This document shows positions 35,901 to 49,063 of a stretch of 64,000 nt of DNA, piece after piece. Source of the DNA: Obrimoposthia wandeli (taxonomy: Eukaryota); contig CDROCS010006029.1 in NCBI GenBank assembly GCA_977020255.1, positions 62,001 through 126,000 on the forward strand. Direction: 5' to 3'. The translations under genes and the position numbers were made by a program. The first letter of the stretch is position 1, and every line of letters starts with the position of its first letter. Under the pieces are notes generated by a model. It was not told the origin of the DNA. It ran no database searches and saw nothing but the letters and a program-made list of their open reading frames with translations.

Positions 35901-38900
35901 ATATTTAATGTGTGCACAAAAATGAAAATATTATCTAACTCGAATATAAATGAAAGGTGCATAGTTGGATTCGTCTTTTTGTGATGCCTCAAATGACGTT
36001 TTCTCCCAGTTTGTGTAATGTATGTAGTGTCGGAAAGTGACCATTTGTAGACAAAATCAATTAAATTATTAAACGTTCTTCAGACAATATGTAGATCGAA
36101 TTTAATTTTGTCATTAGCGTGATGCAAAAAGATCCCCTGAAACTTATTTTAATTACATACAAAAACTCATGTATCGTTGTGTATTTGAGTTTAATTATGA
36201 AATGTGCTTTCATAACGTGATCCAGCATTCTTGCTGAGCCACTTTCTGTTTGTGGAGATTGGCTAATTGGCCAATTCGGGGTTGGAGTTAATTATTGTTG
36301 CACCTTGGAGTGCTTGTTATTGTGTCTGGCTAAATAAATAAAATAGCCAGACATTGTGTGATAAAGAAGGTTTTGATTTTGTGTGAAACAGTCAATGTTG
36401 TATTTTTGTTTGTTTGTTGACACATACAGTTTAATATTTAGTGTTATAGTACAACGAAGAATATATAAAAAAACAAACTTCCAATGGCCTTTAGCAGACA
36501 ATCCGATTCCGAATGAACATCTCAGAAAGCAATGGATAGTAGATCTAAACTAACTTTAATGAACCTGTACATAAATTTGAAAAGATTTAATGTTTACCAA
36601 CACTGTGTAATTAAAAGATTTGGAAAAATAAAACTTGTTCTAATCAAAAGTGTAAGATCATGTCAAGTAAGATACTGATTTCCTGAAAAAGGTGAAATCA
36701 TATATACTGTATTTGATGTCTGGTTGATGGGACAGTACATAGTGAACTAATAGCGTCAGAGTACAGGGGACATGTAAAACCTTTGTTGAAAAATTATAAA
36801 GCTTATGAACCAGTAGAATATTTCAGAACATATTTAGATAGCCAATGGTTGCATTCATTGTTTCTGAAACCCAAAACTTTATTGAGCAAGGATTTTACTT
36901 AACTAAAATTTATTTGTTCTAGTATTTGGACTTTTTCTGGGTCTGGGTCTGGTAGATACACCAAACGAACAGTCACATTGAGAAAATGTCACCAAGGTTG
37001 CTCAAGCTCTGCTGTAACGACAAGAAATTGTGTTGTTGTTGTGTAAAGTGTAACCACGACCTCTGTATTGTAATCAACCGGAATTAATTTGCCTAGTATT
37101 GCTTGTGGGTATTTCAATAAATGGACGTTGCGGGTTTCAACATTAATTTCCCTCTTTAGAAAGACAGCACAACATTCCAGGCCTAAATTTTGATCAAACA
37201 CGATTACCATATTTTATTTCTGAAATTATTTAATTAAAATATTGAATACATTTCTACAATTATCCACAAACTAGACATGCTACATACTTGGGAACAGCTT
37301 GCAGGGCTCCTCAAAATTACACACACATCTTAATGAAGGAGTTGGTATTTAGCAGATTTCCTCAAAAAGATTTGAAATAAAGCTACAATCTCTGATTCAT
37401 GTCATCATTATTGCATTTATAAACTTTGGAAGGAAATCATTTAAACAACAAAAGAAATACCAATACAATTATTGATAAAATTAACTTTATATCAATGGAT
37501 CATTGAAAATGTGTTTCCCTGAAGTTGAAACATTTTTAAATCTACTTTTAAAATGTAAAATTAACCTCTCTCTAACATCCATAGATATGTTTCGGAAAGA
37601 TCTTGTGAATATTAGTTTCAAGACCTCGATATTCACAACTTGTCGCTTCATGTCACCCCGAAATCAAAAATAAAATGAATTCATGTTGAGTTATCTTGAC
37701 GGGTAATTGATTGTACCATCTCAACAGATCCGTTGCCAGTAAATTGTAGCTGTACCATTAGGGGGTACACCTTCTGGCATAAGCAAAGGTCTCTTTCTTT
37801 AAACTCTAGTTCTGCACGTTCTGTAATTGTGGGAGTAACCAGTTTTGTAACACAACGGAACAAGTCTCTTCAGTTAGGGTTTCGTTGCCAAAACACAGTT
37901 CAATAATGACACAAAACAAAACTGCAACCCATACTGTTGCTTTCTCGGAAAAAAAGTAGAATTTCTAAACTATGCGAATTTGCTGTCCTCATATCACTCT
38001 AGTAATCACAATTCTAACATGTCCTCTGCAAATGATAAGCAACAAGGGATATCTTCTTCGTGAAGCTTTTGGACGCCTAGAGAATGATATGGGATATTGA
38101 AACGTGGTCAGAATTTATTTTCTTTATTGCTTGTCTCGTAGGGATTGTTGTAATATTTTTAAAAATATTAACTATCTTTATCTAATTTTCCAAACTTATA
38201 CATGAACGGGGACCACTACTTCCCCTTCTTTGACCAATCACTGTACAAAACATTTACAGGAATTCATAGAATAGAACAATAAGTAGAAATTTTCGTACCT
38301 CTTCTGCATCTGTTTTCTTCGAAAAATAATTGGGCTTCAGTTGCATTTATTCCAAGACGCTATTAAAATTCTAACTTTTTATGAAAATTATTAGACACAA
38401 TAGATTCCAGAATACGATATATATTTAAATAATCAATTTTATGCTAATTAATAATTATTAAAATTTTTAGTGATAAACGATAGCGGGAAAAGTTAGGCTT
38501 TTATATTTGTAGATTTCAGCACTGTACATAACAAAAATGTTGCGAATAATTATGAAATACCCTGTATAATAGAACATAGAACATATATGTAAGCATTTCT
38601 TCTAAAATCAACTCTCGAGAGAAATACAACAAAATATAGCTGAAAGGGAAATGACTACAATACTTTATAACAGCCAAAGTTAGGGTTAATGTTTAATTAT
38701 TAATCATAATACAAATGTATATGAATGTGGATGTTGTCTGTGCGTGCAGAAAATAATTTCAACTCCACATGTTCTTTACATCAAATGTCAACATTGTGTA
38801 CTAATATTCGCTACAGTTTTAGGGGACAGTTACATGGAATAAACGTAAACTTCACTTACTCTGAAGCTGCGTTTTCTTCATCGCAAAACTGTCTACAAAG

Positions 38901-41900
38901 ACAAACTGATAAAAGCTCTGCAGTTTAGATAGAGTTGGCTCAGGTTTGTTTGTATTCTTATTAGTTTGTGAATTGTTAAATTATTGTACTATTGCCACTT
39001 TTAATTCCATTAAATGTGCAAGCAGAGTTTAACGAATTTATATTTCAAAACTCGACTTGCGCTATAAACGAAAAATTTCGAGTAGTTTTTATACGGACTT
39101 CTTCTGCATAAATATTCTTAACAGCCTTCCAAAATATAACTCGAAATTAATCTTTTACATGTTTCTTTGGTTACAAAAATTAAATAGAATAAAAATAATT
39201 ACATTTATATTTCCATGACATACATTAAGCATCTCTCTTAAATATGTTTAAAATTGGGGTCGATCCTCTATTGGATCACTGGGTCTTAATTGAGTTACTA
39301 TTTAAAATTATTTTAAAATGTTTACATTTTCAAAATAAATCCCTTAATCATAACAGATTATTTTGTAAGTGAACATTTAAATTCGACACATATTATTCAA
39401 ATTTTCATAATATCTTAAATATTATTTTCATTTTTTTAATAACTCCGAAATATTGATATTTTTTCTGATAATAAATGAAAATTATTATAATTACCTTAAT
39501 TAATAAAATAAACCTTTCGTTAAATTTATTCTGAAATATTTTCAGTTTCAAAATTTTATTTACACGGAAATTAAATACATTTTTTTGAATTTTGAAAATA
39601 TGAAATTTCAGTTTCGATCTTATGAAAATAGATTTTTTTTTGAAAAATCCTTTCAATGTTATAAGTTAATAAGTTAACCAACGGTACAGTTTAGATGCTG
39701 TAACATTTTCAATTTACATTGCAAAACAGTTATTCAGAGGGCGACTGGTAGTCTTGCAGTTTATGGTAATAAAGGTGTTTACTGTTACTAATTCTAATAA
39801 TTGTATGAATTCGAAAAGAAACTGGCTCAAAAGCGTGAGCAATAGTCTCTAAAGGTTCCATGAAGCATGAATTGTGTAAAGCAGCAAAAATGCTCATTCA
39901 GTGTATAGCCAACATCCAATAGGTTTGAGTTTGGTGTTTGGTCTCTGACTAACATTCCCTGAAACCGTCTAAGACCATCTACTTCAATTCCTAGCATGAA
40001 ATAAAATAACTTGATTAACTTACCTCCAGGTCGATCCTCATTTATGCAGCTCTTGACGATGGTGCTAATTTCCTCTTCAGTGGGACACTGACCATTTAGT
40101 CTCAGAGCGTACCCAATTTGGGCAGCGGGAATCCAGTTACGCTTATGTGTGTCCAGTGAGGAGAATATCTCATTGTAAACTGAATATTCACATTATTTTT
40201 ACAAAGTTTTACAGTATTGAATAATTTTTTTGTCGGGTCAGGGTTTTTGTTAATTAAAAATAGTAGGTGGATGTGTCCGGTCTAATTCACACACCTCCCC
40301 CGGGAGGCTACCACTATCCTTTAAAACCGTGCATGAGTGTGGAGAGAAATTTCGTGTATGTGTGTGGAGTGAAATTTTAAAAAAAATTGAAAATCAACGA
40401 ATGGGGGGAGAGGGGTTTCAGACATATATAAAGAAGAATTTACAGAATACAATTCTAGTCTAATGAATTTCTAATTTCTAACAAAGACATGAATCTAATT
40501 GGTTAATATAACTAAAGCATATGTTTTGATAGGACTAAATCCATATTAAAAATCAAAATTAATTGGAAGACATATCATTCAATTATAATAGGTTTGCAAG
40601 ATAATTACAAGAAATGTGCAATAAAAAAGTAGGTTCAGACATATATAAAGAAGAATTTACAAAATACAATTTTAGTCTAATGAAACTCGTAAATATAAAT
40701 TATAAAGGTATAATAAAATATGATGTTTCGTACTTACCATCAATCAATGGAAGTCGAGACAATATGTGAAAAGGTTTGACAATTTCACAGTTGATATTTT
40801 CCCCACAGGTTAGTTTTTATTTTATTTTCATATTGAATTCTTTTAGGAAATTGTTGTATTATGGGATGCAAAATACCAATGCTTGGGTTCAATTTACCAT
40901 TTGGAATTCGAATCACTGCAATACAATCAATCACAATTTCGACTAATCTAGGGAAACAAATAAATATTTTTAAAATTGCAGAGAAAATGAAAGAAAAATG
41001 CATGTTTGAACCAGAAAATTTTCCTGCTCTCAGTTAGTAGATAGAAGGATGGAGTCTAGATCACATACCCCCTCGCGAAAAAGGTCGAACTCAGTTTTGA
41101 GTTGTCTCACCATAGGGGTGGGGGTCAAGTGATCTAGTCTCCACCCTTCTTATGGTCGACCAACATACATAATGATCATGGTCGGTTATAGATGAAAGGG
41201 TCAGAGTCAGTTTTGACTTGAAGGTTTTAAGGTATGGTCATGACCATCTATGATCGGCCAACATACCCAAGGGGTTGTGGTCGTCCATAGATAAAAGGGT
41301 CAGGCAGAGTTTTGATTTGAAGGTTTTAAGGTATGGTCATGACCGTCTAGGGTTGGCCATCCCATCTAAAGGGTTATGGTCGTCCATAGACGGGCATGAC
41401 CATACCTTAAAACCTTCAAGTCAAAACTGACTCTGCCCCTTTCATCTATCACCGACCATGACCCTTGGGTATGTTGGTCGACCATTAGAAGGGTGGAGAC
41501 TAGATCACTTGACCCCCCCCCCTATGGTGAGACAACTCAAAACTGAGTTCGACATTTTCACGGGGTAAGTGATCTAGACTCCATCCTTCTACCTACTGAC
41601 GTTTGATGAAACTGTATCAACAGTAGCCAAATTTGTCATCAATCTATTCAACTCTTCCTCATCACAAACCCACTTAAAGTTGGCATGAGGTAGAGGTTGA
41701 GTAAGCGCCCACCCATACAAATTATTAATGTCGATGTACAGAATCTCCGAGGATTGACTTTTGACAACATGATGTTTGTTGTCAAAAGTCAATCCACCGC
41801 GTATACCATAATCAAACATTTGATACATCGCGGGATCTTGCAGTAACTCGATTGCCGTTGCCCATGAAATACCAGGTAAACTAAAGAAATGCATGGGATC

Positions 41901-42995
41901 TAGCCCATCTTCTGTTAAAGATTTAACATGAAAGGACTCAAACACATCAGCTAAAAGATAAATGTCTAACTTCATATAATAAAGCATATAATCTAGAAGA
42001 TTTTGACAATTATTCTCCCAAAATGTACGGGCCTCATTATAGTGTTAAAGAGTTATACCCTCAAATTCAGTTATGGTGGGATTTCTGTGGTATTTTCTAA
42101 ATCTGCGAAGGTTTTCTCAAATTTATACGGAAAAATCTATAGGCCATCTAAGGGCCAACACGTGCTCTTCGGGCCTGCAGTGGCCTGACGAGCAATACAT
42201 ATATACAGGGTTAAATGCATGACCAATTACACAGTCAGTGTTCCCAGCTTCGGTTAATGATAAGGAGACTTAAGGAGACACTGCAGGCCCGAAGAGCACG
42301 CGTTGGCCCTTAGATGGCCTCTCAGGCACTTCCTCACTCTGTGGGAGCACTATGAGATTTTCAATTTTAAAGGGTGTTAAATGTGGTTAATTAGTTTTTA
42401 GGGTGTTGGTTGGAAGCGAGATAGAACAAATCACTTCACACACATGCACAGTTTTAAAGGACAGTGGTAGCCCCCCGGTGGAGGGGTGTGAATTAGACCG
42501 GACTCATCCACTTACTAAAAATAAATAAATTTTATTGAAAAAAAAATTTAATTATTGATGTTTTAAATTATTCAATAAATGTAATAGTGCTTAGAAAATG
42601 TAATTAATAAATACATAAATATATAATAAAAATGCAGATAATATTGAAAAAAGTTTATCTTTATAGTTATTTGATGATATTTATTTTAAATGTTTATGCT
42701 GTGAAAAGCCTTTGAACACCCATTAAAGTTTCAACATAATTTTAAAATTCAATCTGTAACTTTATTTACAATTTTGTTGTATTTATAACTTTACACAGAT
42801 TTCAGTCGAAATAAAATAGATGAACAAATTCAACAATACAAGTAAAAAGCTAACTTTTCTCTTCTTCACGGGTGAACGTTATTTTCTGTAAATGAAAGTT
42901 CCAAAGATCGTTAAAAGTTCAATAAAATATTAACCAACTTCTTCGTCGTCACCTTCATTTTCCTTGTTAGTAGTTGTATTTTCTTCATCAGACAT
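32940..42995 (-). CDS. Calmodulin/myosin-light-chain-like EF-hand protein with Lys-rich tail (exons 42995-42935, 40179-40024, 35148-35051, 33194-32940; about 189 aa)
   Basis: Phase-compatible GT-AG exons give ..YNEIFSSLDTHKRNWI..IGYALRLNGQCPTEEEI..EAFQQFDPKDSGLIDESELRSALANLGEPL..GKVSYSDF..KKKSGKK..GKKKKK*. Exon 1 is the least certain. Confidence 0.85.
35665..35737 (+). pseudogene. tRNA-derived sequence (tRNA-Ala TGC-like pseudogene or SINE head)
   Basis: Box A-like TAGCTCAGTGATAGA, CT-TGC-AA anticodon loop, degenerate box B (TGATTCAATT); acceptor stem does not pair. Confidence 0.45.
37580..38564 (-). mobile_element. Mariner-like (DD37D/DD41D-type) transposon remnant
   Basis: PYHSLGVQKLHEED..FAEDML; KATVWVAV..TLTEET..LQNWLLPQL; frameshifted PEGVPPN. 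TA-flanked terminus CAGGGTATTTCAT at 38564. Confidence 0.65.
41036..41597. mobile_element. 562-bp fold-back element made of family-B Polinton termini
   Basis: ~215-bp inverted arms (41036-41252, 41385-41597), roughly 90% identical by eye, ending AGTAG...CTACT; no matching TSD. Confidence 0.8.
41598..42120 (-). pseudogene. Second pPolB fragment
   Basis: MKLDIYLLADVFE..DINNLYGWALTQPLPHANFKW, clearly homologous to about 23750-24250; ends exactly at the family-B terminus. Confidence 0.9.
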
Positions 42996-43889
42996 AGCAA
43001 CTTGCTGCGTTTATTCAAATGTTTTCCCAATTAATCTTTCAGTCAACAGTACACATTACTGAACAATGACAAAAAAACTCATTGATTACACGAGTTATTT
43101 TTTGTATTGTAATTACTTATTGTAATTACTTAACACTGACTGCGTGTATGCAATGGAATTAATGCTGGTGTGCTATTGTGTATCGTATTGAACGAAAGAT
43201 ACACACTTACTACTATAATGTACACGGGCTGTTGTTTGACACACATCTGACATAGTTGAAACCTGTTGTCAAGGTGAAAAAGTTGTTTAATTGTAGTGCA
43301 AGGTTGTTGCAAGAACATTAGAGCAATTAAAAGATAATGTAAAAACCAGTTACTGTCACAGACTCTGGGTCGTTTTGCTGTTTTATCCCAATTCTTCACT
43401 TATTATTTGCTAACTTTGATTCGATTGCTCAGCAAACAAATAAATGGGTTTCATTTTTAAAGACTTAACTAAATTTTAAATTTGCAAAATCTATTGTCTT
43501 AACAATAAAATTAATTTGTGCAACAGTTAGCTCTTCCAGACCAAGACAAAGGTTAACAATGTACGAGAAATTTTATTAAATGCAAGTTCCGAAAAATTGA
43601 CTGCTTGTGTGATCGTTGCTTATTAGTTGTAAGTTATTTTCAAAAATATGTATGACTACGTTTTATTTATTAATGAAACACACCAATTAATTAATTTAAA
43701 GTATGAAATGTGAAATTTAAAAACTTGGTATCACACAGAAGTATTCAGAGATCATTTTGATCAGATTTCAGAGAAAGCTCTAAGAAAGAAAATGAAATAT
43801 ATAAATTTATTGATGTAAATATAATTAATATATTAAGTTAATCGATAATGAATTAACCCATTATTGTCTGTACGCATGATATCCTACAC

Positions 43890-44144
43890 CAGCGGTTCCC
43901 AAACTTTCTGGTGCGGTGACCCCTTGATAACATTTGCCAAGTTGCGGTGACCCCAAGGATAAAATAATTTATGGGTTAATTGACTATTATAATTAGAAAA
44001 TAGTGATATTACCGCGAGAATACAACACAAGGACATTCCGTATCATAAAACAACTTTTTAAAAGGCCTTGCTGCCTTAGGCGACTCCAGGCAAATTGTCA
44101 GGCGACCCCAGTTATGGTCGCGACCCACAGGTTGGGAACCGCTG
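43890..44144. mobile_element. hAT MITE (255 bp), 8-bp TSD TCCTACAC
   Basis: TIRs CAGCGGTTCCCAAAC / GGTTGGGAACCGCTG; TSD at 43882-43889 and 44145-44152. Confidence 0.93.
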
Positions 44145-45829
44145 TCCTACACAAAGAAACATTAATGAAGACAACACATAAATTAATATGAACAGTATTT
44201 AAAAAAGAGTTTCAAATTTGTCGGTAAACATATTATTAATTTATAAAGTTACGTCCTCGATGAAAATATTACTATGAAAATTTAAATTAATATAGGGATT
44301 AGATAATGTAACAGTAATATAAAAATATTTATCCAAAAAGAAAATACCTTACTACGGAGATAATTATAGTGCTAACACATACTATTATTACAATAAGACT
44401 TGATTTTCAAAATCTTCCTTGTTTAATATTCCAGCTTATCCTTTAAATAGCTTAGAAACAAAAAAAAACAAATCTGTCAGAATTATATTCAAGAAAAGAA
44501 AATGCAAGTACAAGTGAACATTTAATGAAGCTTCATTGGCTAGAATCCAGGCGGTTGTAGTGAGCATGTATATTTGTCTTAGAAGCAACGATGATGTCTA
44601 AAGGTTTGTTAAGAAATTCTCAAACAACAAACAAAGTGATGGAAGATTGGAAATTTACTGTTTCCCGAGCTTATCGACTTTGAAACCTTGTATTTGTATG
44701 AATGATATCCAATATTTGCCTTTAGGCATCTTTTCAGCAAAAATGTCATAAGCAAAATATCCATTGAGACGTATTGAGATATTCCATAGTTCTTCATCTA
44801 AAATTGGAACACTCAAATAACCTAGGTTATCTCTAAAAGCCGGAATGAGATCAGTTTCAAACTGGAAAGAATTTCCTTCGTATACATAATCAGGTATGTA
44901 AAATCCCAAAATATTTTTCAATTGATCAATTTCAGATGTAGTTAAAATTTCAATTAGATATTTATTTTCATCGAATTCTTAACTCGTATAATTTGATATA
45001 TCTTTAATATATTACATGGTTTTCCTTTTCAAATTCTTTTCGGATAATAAATTTTTCTTAAGTATCTCAGAATATGATCCATTCTAAAATAAAGAAACTG
45101 ATTAAAATAACAATGTTTATAAAAAGCATATGAGATACAAATATTATGAAATAGAAATAAATAAAACTGATTAAAATTTATTACATGAAAAATGAAAGAA
45201 ACATGATAAAAGAAATAATTAAAATATAGGGAAATAACATTCAATTTCCCAAGAGCGTAATTTACCCAACGAATATAGAAGTATATCATGCAAATCATAT
45301 CCTTTGATATTATAAAACACAATGGGAATGCGTGGTGTTCAGGGAGTCGACGACCAAGGTTACAGAGGTTACACGCCGCTCAAGGGTATCATCCGTAATA
45401 TTATCGTGGTCCCTGACTGACTTAGAATCTACACACAAAAAACACACGTTATACTAGATTTAAAATTGACCCAGTCTGCAGTCATAATCATTACTTGATG
45501 AGCATTATCTTCAAACCACGGTTTGATGGTTTTTGTTTCTAATTTCTCTAATTTTAACATAAAATCAAAAAAAACAATTTAAATCGGAAAATTCATGATA
45601 GTCTGTTAATGATATTGAGGTCTAAGAATAATAGTCATGTCAATTCCAGTAGTTAAATACTGTCATGCTGGTCGTGCAAAACTAAAATGGATTCAAAATC
45701 AGCATACACCCTAAATGTATTTGCACAATCCCTAAAATGTATATCCTTATTTTTCGGTATGCTATATAACATATTGTCCTCAAATTAAAATATCTTAAAT
45801 AAAAACTATGTTTTAAAATAAATTGAGAC

Positions 45830-47001
45830 TCTGAAGAGGTTACGAAATGAGTATAAATGCGAAGGAACAATGTCAAAAGAAGGCTGAGGAAATTAGTTTA
45901 CAAAGTAATTCGAAGTAAAGAACAGAAAACAAGCTTAATTCCGAACATTGTCGAAATTCCGATCTGCAGCTGCCGAAGAAAGGACCATATCTGGTCATAC
46001 ACTAGCGTACAGACAATGATAAACCAAAATCAGCAACAAACCTGAACGCAGTGGAATCATCGAAACTGCAAAGTAGCAATTGAAACACAGTACCGTTCAC
46101 AGAAGCACAAATCGTACAAAGAAATCATAGTAAATATTCGGAAGAAGAAGACAAGAAGAAGAAAAGTATTGTGAAAAACAGATAGGATTGACACAGCTAG
46201 GACAACGGATTAGCGAACCGAATCGGTAAGAAAAGTAATTGATAATCTTGTGAATAAATTGTGTTACATTAAGAAAAGTAATTGAAGATCTTAAATTCGC
46301 TTTGAAAAGTGAAATAGAACAGACAAATGGAAATAGATTATTCCGACAAAATTGGAGAAGTTAAAGATGTCCTGGTTCTGAACGTAGAGGGTGTCGCCGC
46401 TGGAAAGTTAATATGATCGAATTGTGAATTCTATGCTAGAGGATTAGTGTAACCCATTTTTGTAAAAGTCTTTTTCTTTTGTAATTCTAATACATTGTTT
46501 CAAGTGACACGCAGAGCATTAACTTAATCTTTAAAAGGGAATTCCCCCGAGTTTGGATAAAGCCACATTGAGAATGACTAACATCTAGGCCGGCCGAGAG
46601 CCAACCCACGTGACGGTGATCCAAGCCCTGGTATACTCAGGGGATTTCTAAGCCCTGATAAATTTAGAGGAGAATCGTCAACATCGATTGATTCCAGCTT
46701 AGTTTTGCTTATTTTAGGTCGTGTGCATCACAGACCCTTTTTGAATATAAAATCTAAATTGATCTAACCGGCTCGTACAGTCCTACAAAACACAATAATA
46801 GTTTTAGGGACCATCCAGTTATCCTAAACATATTCTCTGTACTCAATACAAACAGCAGAATTAGGAAACCGTCAGATAAGTGAGACAAACCTTCATAGAA
46901 TTGAGAATGGGTAGGCCACATCCATATGTGAGCCCTGTCGCTACAGAACTCACTTTGGGGGCCTCCATATGAGGATTCTAGTTTAAAAGAAAATTCCAAC
47001 A
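45830..47001 (-). mobile_element. Third TGTTGG-family LTR-like copy; far boundary uncertain
   Basis: Reverse complement begins TGTTGGAATTTTC at 47001 and aligns with 4616-4915. Confidence 0.6.
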
Positions 47002-49063
47002 CTTTGATTAACTTAGTTGATTTCTTTGATTTTTTTTCAAATATTCTGTTGCTTTATTATTATTATTATCTTGTTTACATTCTGTGGAGATTTATTTTAT
47101 TGACTGGAGAATTGAAATCATTTATTTAATTGTCCACGTAAAATTATTTGATTTTTGTTAATGCTGTGTTGTGTAATTAGTGTATAAAACTACACTTTGA
47201 AATAGATGCACGAGTTAAAAATCAAACGTTCAGCTTTCTGTAATATCAGTTAGAAACCCTTTGTAGAATTGACTGGAAATATGTTTACGGCAATTTCTGA
47301 AGTCAACAAGTCAAACATCGTTAAAAGATATACTATTATGATTAACAACGAATTAACATGAACATGATAATAATATAAAAATGTTATATAAAAGTAAAAA
47401 TAATAATGATACATGAGCCAGTTATGAAATTGTATATATACGATTTCAGGACACGTAATAATGTATCCTAAATGTGTAATAGTGTAAGACAAATTAATAA
47501 ATTTTATTTTACAATTAGTAAGGATTATTTTTATTCTAATTCATTAATCTGCAAGTAAAATTAATTTCGATTTATCTGTCGAATTTATTTTTAAGTTATT
47601 CTAAACGTTTTAAATTCACTTTAAAATTGTACACACGGTCTTCAAGTGTTTTCTAATTAAAAAAATCACTGCCATTAATCAGTACTGAAATTTTGGCTTT
47701 ACAGTTCGGGAAGAAATTAAAAAAGAAATTTCATATACATATATCAGAAATATCATTTTAAAAAATATACAGATATGAGATAGTACATTGTATACACAAA
47801 CTTTACAAAAACTGGAACTACATTATGTTGAGTACTATAATAAAAAGTAAAAAAGAATAACTATACTCATTGTTAAAATATTTTTTATATTACTCCAACT
47901 TTTACAGAGTATCTTTATGGGGATGATTGAGATGGAACCTTAATAAACAGCTCCAATTAACGTATTATTCATAGGTGTGCTGTTTGGTTTGTATTTTTAT
48001 CAAATTTAAAAATCATGCTTACGATATGAAATAGTACATACTAAAAACAACTTAAAGAAGATTTTAACAAAATAATATAATGTGCCTAATATTCCTTTAT
48101 TTAGATCTCATATTACAGAAACTTTCAAAATAAAAATGACGAATTGTCAAGTTAATTTCTAGGAATGAAAATTATTACTGAAAATTACTTAAATACTGTC
48201 ATTAACAACTGAAATATCCTTATTAGAATGTTTTCAGTTGATATAATTTTTTGTATAAAACCTAAATAAACAAATAAAATTACAAATTTGCTCTGTGTAC
48301 ATTTACTAATGATAGAATAATTCTACAGATTATTTTTGCTACGCAACTTGTAATATAAATTTCAAATATTAAAGAAAAAAATTTCTAGCTTATATTTCTC
48401 AGCATTGCAATTCATATTTTGTTCGTGATTATTTTTTAAAATTTAAATTCCGACAATAAATTATTTCTGATTTGAAAATTAAATATTCTTTTAAATCAGA
48501 GATAATACAATTTAAATTACACATACAGAAAATATTGCACTTGAAAAACACTCTTGTCTGAATGCTACTTTAAACATGTCAAAATGCATAAAAATCCTTG
48601 TAACTATATTAAACATTTGTAGAAACATGAGGTAGATTTGGTTTTTGGAATTTATATTTTAGCATAAAAAGAATAAATAAAAGTACTCTCTTCTACTACT
48701 TTCAGTTGAAATCAGTAAAGTATATTTTAAACAAACATCAAATATTGAGGGAAATATTTAATTATCTGAATAAACTTTAATCGAATGTAATAATATACTG
48801 TAAAACATTTCAAAAAATTTAACAAATATTTGGCTTATAGAATCTCAAATTTTTGACTTGCTCATAGATGACTTGACAAAATATGTAACATTTTTTTAAA
48901 AATTGTAGACAATAACAATTCTGAAATAGTAGATTTTGAATAAAAGTGCAAGTTAGCCAAATAAATACAATTTTAGGCGAACTTTATGTATAAATAGCAA
49001 AATTTCGATTACGAACAGTCACAGAAAGTATGTCACACCAATTTCTAAGGACACTGAAGTAGT

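Larger units (their letters stand above)
40262..42516. mobile_element. Non-autonomous Polinton derivative (2255 bp), family-A TIRs, 6-bp TSD AAAAAT
   Basis: AGTAGGTGGATGTGTCCGGTCTAATT... at 40262 and ...AATTAGACCGGACTCATCCACTTACT at 42516 (~75-bp imperfect TIR). AAAAAT at 40256-40261 and 42517-42522. Contains a pPolB piece. Confidence 0.85.

Noticed and set aside
36267-36353. 10-bp hairpin TGTCTGGCTA/TAGCCAGACA and near-palindrome TTGGCTAATTGGCCAA, with loose similarity to 52330-52500
   Set aside because: Motif order differs between the two sites and no element boundary or Helitron-type CTAG end follows; insufficient support.
36500-37250. Possible MULE/FLYWCH remnant
   Set aside because: Only faint resemblance across many stops; cannot be supported by eye.
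45339-45416. CAGGGAGTCGACGA...ATCGTGGTCCCTG possible MITE
   Set aside because: Weak TIR match and no TSD.
46544-46556. 13-bp match CCCCCGAGTTTGG also at about 59719
   Set aside because: Flanks do not align; single short match.
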